This document shows, piece by piece, positions 8,972-17,142 of a DNA stretch of 64,000 nt. The translations under genes were made by a program, and so were the position numbers. The notes under the pieces were generated by a model. It was not told where the DNA came from, searched no databases, and saw only the letters and a list, made by a program, of their open reading frames with translations. The stretch is from Christensenellaceae bacterium (lineage in GTDB: Bacteria; Bacillota; Clostridia; Christensenellales; CAG-138). Numbering within the stretch: position 1 is the stretch's first letter; each line of letters begins with the position of its first letter. The DNA is taken from the NCBI GenBank assembly GCA_963667795.1, contig OY764017.1, positions 1,261,329 through 1,325,328 on the forward strand, read 5' to 3'.

Positions 8972-9976
8972 TCAGGCTTTTTTACGGTTACTCACAACAT
9001 CCAGCGTAATGGCAGCTACCAGAACGACTCCCTTTAGCACGTCTTGAACAAACGGATCGACGCCCATCTGCGAAAAGCCGTTAAACAATGTGTTAAGGAA
9101 AATGCAACCAAACATCGTGCCGATAACACGACCTTTGCCGCCCGCTAGAGATACACCACCGATGATGGAACCGATAACCGCGTCAAACTCGTAGTTCTGG
9201 CCGTTGGTTACGGCAACAGAGTTGAGTCGAGACATGAGCACAAGTCCGCCGAATGTTGCAAGAACGCCGGCCAGCACGAACGTGCCAAAGTAATAGAGCT
9301 TGACGTTGATGCCCGAGAAGAACGCAGCTTCCCGCGAACCGCCTACGGCGTAAAGGTTACGACCGACCCTGGTTTTCGAGGTTATAAACTGGACAATCAC
9401 ATATAGCGCAATCATAAGGATTACACATACCGGAATCGTGTTGTTGAAAATGTATCCACGACCAAGCCATGCAATTTCAGGCGGCATCTTTGGTATCGGA
9501 ACGGCTTGCGTAATGAGCTTTGCCACACCATAACAGATATATTGCGTACCGAGGGTTGCAATAAAGGCCGGTACACCAACATAGGAAGTCAGCGCGCCAT
9601 TGATAGCGCCAACCGTAATGCCGATTGCAAACATGATGACAATAGCCAGCCCCGTTGCCATGCCGGCCTGCTTCATCAGCACCGCGCCTACGCAACTCGT
9701 CAAGCAGACCATGCGCCCCAGCGAAAGATCAAAATTTCCTGTCAACAATATGACCGACTGGCCAAGGGCTACTATCGCAACTGTAGAGCTTTGAAGTAAA
9801 ATAGTCTTCCAGTTTTCCCAAGTTAAAAAGTACTGTTCCCCGAATTTAGCGCGGGAGATAATGGAAAAAACAATGATCAGTAATCCGATACCAACAATGG
9901 ACATCCAGTCCTTTACCAGTATACCGAAGTTTTTTTGTGCGTCCCTGCCGGACATCTTCAATGTGTTTGTGCCCAT
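8972..9976 (-). CDS. sugar ABC transporter permease (RbsC-like)
   Basis: 334 aa, polytopic and hydrophobic. GGAGGA RBS. Adjacent to the ATPase. Confidence 0.8.
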   Translation of the reverse strand: MGTNTLKMSGRDAQKNFGILVKDWMSIVGIGLLIIVFSIISRAKFGEQYFLTWENWKTILLQSSTVAIVALGQSVILLTGNFDLSLGRMVCLTSCVGAVLMKQAGMATGLAIVIMFAIGITVGAINGALTSYVGVPAFIATLGTQYICYGVAKLITQAVPIPKMPPEIAWLGRGYIFNNTIPVCVILMIALYVIVQFITSKTRVGRNLYAVGGSREAAFFSGINVKLYYFGTFVLAGVLATFGGLVLMSRLNSVAVTNGQNYEFDAVIGSIIGGVSLAGGKGRVIGTMFGCIFLNTLFNGFSQMGVDPFVQDVLKGVVLVAAITLDVVSNRKKA

Positions 9977-10074
9977 AACTTAATGTTCCTCCAAGATATT
10001 GCTTAACCTGCATACTAGACAGGTCGCGATGTTTGCGTGACGATTATTTCCTATCCTTCTTCCTTTGTTACGTG

Positions 10075-10782
10075 TTACGGAAGGAGGTGTTTCGTGCTGT
10101 GCCGGGGATAGACGTTATAAGGGCGGAACCCCTCGGCGTAAGCAACGCCGCATTGATACCCGCGATATCTGGAACAAGTTCGGATCATGTCGACAAAATC
10201 GATATCGTCATGTTCAAGCATCCATTTCACCTGGGATTCATGCATGCTCAGTGCTTTAAGCTTATAATCAATTTGGTTGGAGATATCGACATAATGTGTC
10301 GGGTTAAAATTGACGCCAGCCAATGTATCCATGAAAAATGTCGGAATAAAGCTCATAAATGACGGTGCGTTCGTTGCACAATGCGGCAATCCCGACATAA
10401 ACGACGCATTCGTTGCTAAATGACTTGTTTCAACATGATCCTGCATGTAGTCATCATCGCTATGGGTGATAATGACATCCGGCCGGGTTGTATTGATAAC
10501 ATCCGCAATTGCACTGATGGCTGCTTGATCATGCCGATTGATTTGCATGTCGTGTACATCGATGTTGAAGACTTGCTTGGCTCCGATAAAAGCGCCTGCC
10601 TTTTCAGCTTCCCCTGCCCGCAATTTAGCCAGAGGTTCCGGTTCAATGATCACATGTCCCTGGTCGCCATTGGCAACATGACACATGTATACGTCGGCTC
10701 CTTGCTCAACATATTTGCGTAACGTTCCTGAACAGGCGATTTCTAAATCATCCGGGTGACAACCGATTCCTAATACTCTCAT
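10075..10782 (-). CDS. PIG-L/LmbE-family N-acetylglucosaminyl-glycoside deacetylase
   Basis: 235 aa. The N-terminal MRVLGIGCHPDDLEIACSGT contains the family HPDD zinc motif. A later HSDDDYMQDH region is also present. Confidence 0.8.
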   Translation of the reverse strand: MRVLGIGCHPDDLEIACSGTLRKYVEQGADVYMCHVANGDQGHVIIEPEPLAKLRAGEAEKAGAFIGAKQVFNIDVHDMQINRHDQAAISAIADVINTTRPDVIITHSDDDYMQDHVETSHLATNASFMSGLPHCATNAPSFMSFIPTFFMDTLAGVNFNPTHYVDISNQIDYKLKALSMHESQVKWMLEHDDIDFVDMIRTCSRYRGYQCGVAYAEGFRPYNVYPRHSTKHLLP

Positions 10783-10903
10783 AATTGATATTTCTCTTCT
10801 AACTTTCGTGGCTTTATTTCTTAAAATTAAATGGTGTATTCTTGGTATTCTTGTTTTCTATAACGCGCTATAAATTCAGATCGGATGTGTTTTGCTAGAA
10901 ATA

Positions 10904-10932
10904 AGCATAGCGGGTCGAAAGGTGTTTGTCAA
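10904..10932 (-). promoter_or_regulatory. sigma-A-type promoter for the LmbE-ABC-dehydrogenase-aminotransferase unit
   Basis: On the minus strand: TTGACA (10932..10927), a 17-nt spacer, then TATGCT (10909..10904). It lies about 120 nt upstream of the LmbE ATG. Confidence 0.55.
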
Positions 10933-11059
10933 CACTATTATTAAATCAATTTTACTAAATCGCCATCATTTTTCTTTATTTTTGATGTTTGCGAGCTTTC
11001 ATTCGCTCATTTCTTCTGTTTTTCGCCTTGTTTCTACAACTATTTTATTATTCGAATAT

Positions 11060-11085
11060 GCCCCCGCTATGTACCGTGCGGGGGC
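11060..11085 (-). terminator. GC-rich hairpin after the upstream dehydrogenase gene (terminator-like, weak U-tract)
   Basis: GCCCCCGC (11060..11067) pairs with GCGGGGGC (11078..11085), 30 nt past the stop at 11115. The following sequence is A/T-rich but is not a clean T-run. Confidence 0.4.
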
Positions 11086-11114
11086 TATGCATTCCAAAAA
11101 CCCAGTATCGTATT

Positions 11115-12155
11115 TTACAGCACAATAAGCCCGCCGGCAGAGATAATCTCTTGCTTGACCAGCCGCACGGAAGCAATCGCCTCTTCCAGTGTCGCAACGA
11201 TTAAATCGTTTTCCCCATGCAATCCTTCCACAAAATACTTGATTTCATTATAGTATCCGCCTAGTGAAGACACGTTTCCGCCAATATCATTCGTTCCTTC
11301 AAACGCCGGCTCCAGCACCGGATGAAACGGATCGCCCTCGTTCGGATAAACGGTGATTCCATCCACGTCAAAAATCACGGCCGCTTTCTCCAATTTAACG
11401 CGATAACGAGCGGTAAAGGGGTAAGATGCAGGGTAATTCCATCCGGCTTCCACTGCTACCGCCACGTTATTCCCGTATGTAAAGACGGAGTGTATTTGCT
11501 GAATGACGCCATTCGAGTCCCTATATACCCCGGATTTTACTTCATCAGGATCGCCTAGTAAATATCGCACAAAGTCTACATCATGCACGTGCATATCCAC
11601 CGCTACGCTGCCTGAGCGAAGCGGGTTGTGAAGCCAGTTATCGCTCGCCCACTCCGGGCGTGCCGATAGTCGCATGAATTCCGCGGTCTGCACGCGGCCA
11701 TATTCACCGCCGTCAACGATGCCCTTTAGCCACGCATACTCCGGCCAAAGACGGATGACTTGTCCGACCATGATATTCACGCCGGTCTGCGCTTGTGTAT
11801 CCAATAATAGCTGCATCTCATCCTCGTGGATACAGATTGGTTTCTCACAGAAAACGCTATGTCCCTTCTTCATTGCCGCGACAGAATGCGCTGTGTGTAA
11901 ATCCGTTGGAAGACAAACGTCTATAATGTCAACATCAGCCTGCTCGATTAGTTCCATACCGTTGGCGTAGCCCGTCGCGCCTAATTGATTCTGCATTTTT
12001 TCGCGCCGTTCGGCAATCACATCCGCAACAGCTGTAACCTTGACGCCTGAGCTTTCCAGTGCCTGATAACAAGCCGCGTGCATCCCGCCCATAAAACCGG
12101 CGCCGATCAGTCCCACGCGTAAGATTTTCTTCTTGCCTAATCCTTCTTGAATCAT
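11115..12155 (-). CDS. Gfo/Idh/MocA-family oxidoreductase
   Basis: 346 aa. Rossmann motif LRVGLIGAGFMGGMHA and FCEKP motif. RBS AAGGAGGAA. Confidence 0.85.
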   Translation of the reverse strand: MIQEGLGKKKILRVGLIGAGFMGGMHAACYQALESSGVKVTAVADVIAERREKMQNQLGATGYANGMELIEQADVDIIDVCLPTDLHTAHSVAAMKKGHSVFCEKPICIHEDEMQLLLDTQAQTGVNIMVGQVIRLWPEYAWLKGIVDGGEYGRVQTAEFMRLSARPEWASDNWLHNPLRSGSVAVDMHVHDVDFVRYLLGDPDEVKSGVYRDSNGVIQQIHSVFTYGNNVAVAVEAGWNYPASYPFTARYRVKLEKAAVIFDVDGITVYPNEGDPFHPVLEPAFEGTNDIGGNVSSLGGYYNEIKYFVEGLHGENDLIVATLEEAIASVRLVKQEIISAGGLIVL

Positions 12156-12167
12156 GTTGTTTCCTCC

Positions 12168-13016
12168 TTAAAACGCTTTGCGTATGATTCTGTCCATTGA
12201 TGCCGATGTATTGATAACGATTTGATCCGCCGCATGCGTGTATACGGGAATCATCTCTCCCGTTACCCAATCATCGTATCCAATGTCTTCAAATGCCTGC
12301 ATTACTGCAGGCCAGTTTACATCACCGGATAGCAGGTCGGTAAAACAATTAAGCCCGCCGGGATTACAGCGATAATCTTTAAAATGCACTTTCTTTATAC
12401 GGTCGCCCAGAATTCGAATCCATTGTTCCGGATAGCCACTGAAAACAACATTGCCCACGTCGAAATATGCGCCGACATAGTCACTGCCAATCGCATCAAT
12501 AAATGCGCGCATCTCCAATGGTGAGAGCAGGAATTTGTTCCATACGTTCTCAACGCCAATGTGTACCCCGGCCTGTTCTGCAATAGGCGCAAGACGTTTA
12601 AACGCATCAAGCGCGCGATCCCAGCATACGTCATAGGACACCACAGGACGTTCCGGCACGAACTCAACGGCAACGCTTCCGGGAACGATCAATACGGTAT
12701 CCGCTCCAAGCGCCTTTGCTATGTTGATTTGGGTAACCGCCGTTTTAAAGGCGTTTTCTCGTTCTGCTTCATCATCTGATGTAAAAGAATACGTCCAGTA
12801 CAGACTGCTCGCAACGCTTGGCAAGCAGATCCCCAAATCATCCGCCGCTTTACGGATCGCTGCGAGTTCGTTGTCTGTCGTCTCCGGCGTAAGTCCCGGA
12901 GCCCCTTTTGCATCCAGCGTCAGTTCAATGCCATCGAATCCTGCATCTTTCGCCTGCTGCATGGCTTGGTACGCGTCCTTTCCAACAAAGGACCAAAAGC
13001 TGATTGATTTTTTCAT
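12168..13016 (-). CDS. xylose-isomerase-like TIM-barrel protein (sugar phosphate isomerase/epimerase family)
   Basis: 282 aa. FDGIELTLD and HIGVENVWN are typical of the AP_endonuc_2 / IolE / MocC-type fold. RBS AAAGGAGAG. Confidence 0.75.
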   Translation of the reverse strand: MKKSISFWSFVGKDAYQAMQQAKDAGFDGIELTLDAKGAPGLTPETTDNELAAIRKAADDLGICLPSVASSLYWTYSFTSDDEAERENAFKTAVTQINIAKALGADTVLIVPGSVAVEFVPERPVVSYDVCWDRALDAFKRLAPIAEQAGVHIGVENVWNKFLLSPLEMRAFIDAIGSDYVGAYFDVGNVVFSGYPEQWIRILGDRIKKVHFKDYRCNPGGLNCFTDLLSGDVNWPAVMQAFEDIGYDDWVTGEMIPVYTHAADQIVINTSASMDRIIRKAF

Positions 13017-13099
13017 GATTACATCTCTCCTTTGGCTAATTTTGAATGTGTATGATCGGATCGTCGTTCTGATTTTATTGATATGTCATTTACAAATAA

Positions 13100-13128
13100 T
13101 TGCAAATCAGCCATACTGAGTCTATATT
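13100..13128 (+). promoter_or_regulatory. candidate promoter of the AraC-family regulator gene
   Basis: TTGCAA (13100..13105), 17 nt, then TATATT (13123..13128). The spacer contains copy 1 of the ATCAGCCATA box. Confidence 0.45.
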
Positions 13129-13195
13129 TTATTATATCTAAACGGTTCGCCCCTTCCTTACAAAACCCGATTCGAAATTTAAGCTATCAGCCATA
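13106..13195. repeat. 10-bp direct repeat ATCAGCCATA x2 (candidate regulator boxes)
   Basis: Identical 10-mers at 13106..13115 and 13186..13195, inside the 197-bp divergent intergenic region. Confidence 0.6.
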
Positions 13196-13213
13196 TTTTG
13201 AGAGGTATCCTCC

Positions 13214-14086
13214 ATGATTTACGTAAAAACGCCCTTATGTCCGACGTTCAATGTGACTGATATTATAAACATCTCATACTATAAACTGAACGCAGGCTAT
13301 GTGTTTTGGGGCGAGCAGCACGCCTTCTGGGAATTTCTGTATGTAGATCGCGGAGACCTTTTTGTAACCGCGGACGAAAGCAAGTTTCACCTGCGTGCCG
13401 GTGAAATCGTTTTTCATTGTCCCGGGGAATTTCATGCCTTTCGTTCGGATTGCGACAGCGATGTGATTGTTGTATCCTTTCTGTGCAGTGGTCCCATGGA
13501 GCGATTCTTGCACAAGGTAGCCACCGTGAACCAGCAGTGCCGCCAGTGTCTTGGGGCGCTGGTTTCCGAAGCCGCGCTTGCTTACCAATACTTTGAAAAC
13601 GATCCCGCACGTGTCAATTTGCACAAGAAGGATACCGCACCTTTTGGCTGTGATCATATGATTAAAAGCTATATCGAGCAGCTGTTCGTCATGATCTGCC
13701 GTTCAGAATCGGTGAACCTATCCACCAGACCGTATGCTGTTTTGCCGACGCAACTACATCGGCATAAGCAAATTGTGTGGAATGCAAAGGAATATATCGG
13801 GGCGCACTATTCCGAAAAAATCACGCTTTCCCTGCTTGCTGAGAAGTTACACATTAGTACATCGCTGCTAAAAAAGGGATTTCGCGAGCAGACCGGCACA
13901 ACAGTCATCGCCTACTTAACTGCTCTGCGCATTGGAGAAGCCAAGCGCCTTGTGCGCGCAGGAAAACTGAATTTTACACAAATCGCCGAATGTGTCGGCT
14001 TTGACAGCATTTACTATTTCTCCAGTCTGTTTAAAAAGCACACCGGCATGAGCCTGACGGAATACGCTAAATCATTGAAAGAGTGA
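13214..14086 (+). CDS. AraC/XylS-family transcriptional regulator (cupin sensor + HTH)
   Basis: 290 aa. Cupin-like GEIVFHCPGEFHAF. C-terminal dual HTH: LAEKLHISTSLLKKGFREQTG ... IAECVGFDSIYYFSSLFKKHTGMSLTEY. Confidence 0.85.
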   Translation: MIYVKTPLCPTFNVTDIINISYYKLNAGYVFWGEQHAFWEFLYVDRGDLFVTADESKFHLRAGEIVFHCPGEFHAFRSDCDSDVIVVSFLCSGPMERFLHKVATVNQQCRQCLGALVSEAALAYQYFENDPARVNLHKKDTAPFGCDHMIKSYIEQLFVMICRSESVNLSTRPYAVLPTQLHRHKQIVWNAKEYIGAHYSEKITLSLLAEKLHISTSLLKKGFREQTGTTVIAYLTALRIGEAKRLVRAGKLNFTQIAECVGFDSIYYFSSLFKKHTGMSLTEYAKSLKE

Positions 14087-14095
14087 GGAGCCATC

Positions 14096-14701
14096 ATGAA
14101 ACATTACACCGTTGCCTACTGCCACGGAATGCCCGACTGGGGTTCTGTCGAGTCACTTGAGATCAACAATTTACAATGGTCACCAATTGATGTTGATATT
14201 CGTTCTGAAGCACGGTTGTGTTGGGACGAAAGTGCTATCTATGTTTATCTGCGCGCTTTCGAGCAAAACATCCGCGCAGTACATGTTGGCGCAACCGATA
14301 TGGTCTGTGAAGATAGCTGTCTGGAGTTTTTTCTCAGGCCGCTGCCTGACGATACACGCTACTTTAACTTTGAATTTAACCCGAATTGCGCACTTTATCT
14401 GGGGTTTGGCAGCGGTATGCATGATTTGGTCAGGCTTCTTGTCGCAGAACCAGCAGCATTGTTTACTCCAAACGTGACCCGCGGCTCCGATGAATGGGCA
14501 ATACAATACCGCATACCAGCGGAGTTTATCGCGCGTTTCTTCCTGGGCTTTTCGTTAACACGCGGGCAAAAGCTGCGCGCCAATTGCTATAAGTGTGGTG
14601 ATTTGACTCAAACGCCGCATTATCTTTCCTGGAATCCAATACAATGCGATACCCCCGCTTTCCATCGTCCAAACGACTTCGGCCTGTTGATCTTGGGTTG
14701 A
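14096..14701 (+). CDS. carbohydrate-binding family 9 / DOMON-like protein, no signal peptide
   Basis: 201 aa. DSCLEFFLRP, YFNFEFNPN and RANCYKCGDLTQTPHYLSWNP fit my recollection of cytoplasmic CBM9-like proteins. GAGGAG RBS. Confidence 0.55.
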   Translation: MKHYTVAYCHGMPDWGSVESLEINNLQWSPIDVDIRSEARLCWDESAIYVYLRAFEQNIRAVHVGATDMVCEDSCLEFFLRPLPDDTRYFNFEFNPNCALYLGFGSGMHDLVRLLVAEPAALFTPNVTRGSDEWAIQYRIPAEFIARFFLGFSLTRGQKLRANCYKCGDLTQTPHYLSWNPIQCDTPAFHRPNDFGLLILG

Positions 14702-14869
14702 AGCAGCGCATTTTGAAAACCGGCGTGCATTTTTAAAAACATTGTAAAAATAACGTCCCGTTTGATTGACACCCCTGCAAGGCATGTGTTAATGTGATAA
14801 AAGCAAGTCAGAACCGCGGTGACACTGCTTCAAAAAACGTTTGAAAATTTAATTTTGGAGAGATGCATT

Positions 14870-15820
14870 ATGAATATGCTCGACACCCTGAATAACTCGT
14901 ATTTTAGCGAAATTCTTCCCGAAGGATGGGATATCGCTAAGATTATGGAGTGCGTTTCCAACGCCCCTGAAACTGTAGCCGACCGTCAAGACTTCTGGAG
15001 CAAGGACTTTTCGCCCTATGCCTGTGAGAATCTGGAAGAGTTCGGCGCGTATGTCGGTCATGAAATTGCGATGCAGATAAAGGCAACCCGTGACGAGGGT
15101 CGTAAACTCATACTCATTCTTCCTGTCGGACCAATGGGAATGTACAAATGGGTCGTCTATTTCCTTAAGCAGTGGAATGTAGACTGCAAGCACGTCTACG
15201 GCTTCAACATGGACGAGTGGGCTGATAAAGACGGAAACACCCTGCCTGCATCGGATCCGGCTGCGTTTCAAAACGCCATGGTAGATGCATTCTATGGTCC
15301 GCTTGGCGAACTGACTGTCCCTGAAAGCCAGCGCAATTTTGCCACCAAAGACAATCTGCCGACCTATATTGAGAAAATTCAAAAATTAAAGTCGGAAGGC
15401 GCAAAACAGGTGCTCGTATATGGCATTGGCCGCATGTGTCACATTGCATTTTGGGAGCCGCATTTTGCTCAGGACTATGCTACAGTTGAAGAATGGAAAG
15501 GCGCCCCCTATCGTCTTGGTGCCAGATTGCACCCCTTCACCATTGAACAGAACGCCATCACATCCTTTCGTTCTTCATGGCCGCTCATCCCGTGCTATGC
15601 CAATACCATTGGTCCGGCAATTATTTTCGGCTCTGACTACGCTATCGGCGGTGCTGACGGCATACTCTCACGTGGTATGCAATGGCAGGGAATGAGCTTC
15701 TGGATGACGTTGCGCTACGGCCCAACCAAACACGTTACATCAAGCTGGATCCCCACCCTTCCAGGGAAGCTATTCTTCATGAAAGAGTTGGCAGGCCCGC
15801 TTTGTGCAGATACCAACTGA
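14870..15820 (+). CDS. glucosamine-6-phosphate deaminase/isomerase (NagB)-like family protein
   Basis: Track ORF 14819..15820. Start moved to MNMLDT (ATG 14870), preceded by TGGAGAG. LILPVGPMGMY, GFNMDEW and GIGRMCHIAFWEP parallel the NagB motifs (GLPTGxTP, FNLDEY, GIGxDGHIAFNEP). Confidence 0.6.
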   Translation: MNMLDTLNNSYFSEILPEGWDIAKIMECVSNAPETVADRQDFWSKDFSPYACENLEEFGAYVGHEIAMQIKATRDEGRKLILILPVGPMGMYKWVVYFLKQWNVDCKHVYGFNMDEWADKDGNTLPASDPAAFQNAMVDAFYGPLGELTVPESQRNFATKDNLPTYIEKIQKLKSEGAKQVLVYGIGRMCHIAFWEPHFAQDYATVEEWKGAPYRLGARLHPFTIEQNAITSFRSSWPLIPCYANTIGPAIIFGSDYAIGGADGILSRGMQWQGMSFWMTLRYGPTKHVTSSWIPTLPGKLFFMKELAGPLCADTN

Positions 15821-15849
15821 TTGGCTAACCACAACGAAAGACAAAAAAC

Positions 15850-15880
15850 CGGGCGGCATACACTGCCCGTGTTTTATGTT
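15850..15880 (+). terminator. intrinsic terminator
   Basis: Seven-bp stem CGGGCGG/CTGCCCG (one G-U pair) with a 6-nt loop, followed by GTTTTATGTTT. Confidence 0.6.
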
Positions 15881-15948
15881 TAGAGTGTTTTTTAATTTAT
15901 ATAAAGTGTATACTTTAAAGTAAATACATGCCTCGAACAGGAGATAAA

Positions 15949-17142
15949 ATGAGGAAAAGCGGAATTAATTCAATCGGAATTAAAAAGAATAATCGTGCGC
16001 TGATTTTACAGCTCATCTGCACGGCAAAGACCATTACGCGCAGTGAGTTGTCGGAGCAGTCCAATCTTTCACAGATGACGGTTACAAACATCATAAACGA
16101 GTTTCTTCAACAGAAAATCATCGATGTCACTTCCCCGTCAGATGGCGTCAAGGTGCCCGGGCGCACCCCTGCTATCCTGCGCCTTTCCGCACGTTCTCCT
16201 GTAATTGTAGGCGTTTTTGTCGAAAAAACTTACATTTTCGGCATCGTCGGTGATATGTCCATGAACCTGCTCACAAGTCAGCGCGTTGACTTTAGCGAAC
16301 GGGAAACCGGCGATTCTGTCTTAGATAAAATTCGTCAATTAGTCGAAGGTTTATTGAGTTTGACCGATCGACCAATACTGGGTGCAGGCATCTCGACCGT
16401 CGGAATTGTTGACAGCAAAAACGGTATCCTTCGATATGTCACGGGTTTTTTCAATATACGTGATTTGCCGATCCGCGACTATCTCGCTTCGCATTTCTCT
16501 TTTCCAATCTATGTTAATAACGATATGCACGCCGCCGGTTTGTGCGAACAGTATTTTGGCGTAGGAAAAGAGGTTTCCAGTTTTCTGTATGTGGGTGTTT
16601 GCAACGGCATTGGTGCGGCTGTCATCTCGCACAACGAGTTGCTCGATGCCTGCGGCGAGCTTGGTCATATGTCTATTGATTCCTATGGTCCTCCCTGTCC
16701 TTGCGGAAGCTATGGGTGTTTGGAGCTATATGTCAGTACACCAAATATTTTGCGTCGAATCGAGGCTGACTGCGGGCAGAAGCTTAGATCGATGCAGGAA
16801 GCGGTACAGTTCTGCGCATTTGATCGTACTGCTTATACAATTCTTTACAATGCGGTGCATCAATTAGCGTTTGGACTCAATAACTATTTGAATCTTATCA
16901 ATGTTCCGGTAGTCGTTTTGGGGCACGACGCATACTATTTCCCGGACGAAATGATTCACAATCTTCAAAATTGGATTGCAGGTATGAACGTTTCCATGTA
17001 TAAGGAAGGCACTCCTCCACGGTTGCAAAAATCTGCATTTGGCGAAAACGCACCTGTTTTTGGTTCACTGTGTATCGTTCTTGAGCAGGTCTTTCATAAT
17101 AACTATCCGCTGGAACTCAACGCCTGCAGTGTGGAGAAGTGA
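15949..17142 (+). CDS. ROK-family transcriptional regulator (NagC/XylR type)
   Basis: Track ORF 15928..17142. ATG 15949 has an AGGAGA RBS. N-terminal wHTH ITRSELSEQSNLSQMTVTNIINEF. ROK zinc motif GHMSIDSYGPPCPCGSYGCLELY. Confidence 0.85.
   Translation: MRKSGINSIGIKKNNRALILQLICTAKTITRSELSEQSNLSQMTVTNIINEFLQQKIIDVTSPSDGVKVPGRTPAILRLSARSPVIVGVFVEKTYIFGIVGDMSMNLLTSQRVDFSERETGDSVLDKIRQLVEGLLSLTDRPILGAGISTVGIVDSKNGILRYVTGFFNIRDLPIRDYLASHFSFPIYVNNDMHAAGLCEQYFGVGKEVSSFLYVGVCNGIGAAVISHNELLDACGELGHMSIDSYGPPCPCGSYGCLELYVSTPNILRRIEADCGQKLRSMQEAVQFCAFDRTAYTILYNAVHQLAFGLNNYLNLINVPVVVLGHDAYYFPDEMIHNLQNWIAGMNVSMYKEGTPPRLQKSAFGENAPVFGSLCIVLEQVFHNNYPLELNACSVEK

Noticed and set aside
10892-11204. 78-aa and 71-aa plus-strand ORFs in the AT-rich spacer
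   Set aside because: They lie in an AT-rich non-coding spacer opposite to the operon direction. Their Phe/Leu/Ser-rich composition is typical of AT-rich noise, and the region holds a promoter and a hairpin.
1-15820. Reading the DegT/LmbE/dehydrogenase locus as an aminoglycoside or surface-polysaccharide biosynthetic cluster
   Set aside because: It has no 2-deoxy-scyllo-inosose synthase, nucleotidyltransferase, glycosyltransferase, flippase/exporter or resistance gene. Instead it has an ABC importer with a lipoprotein receptor, a sugar kinase, a NagB-like enzyme and AraC/ROK regulators. This remains an inference.
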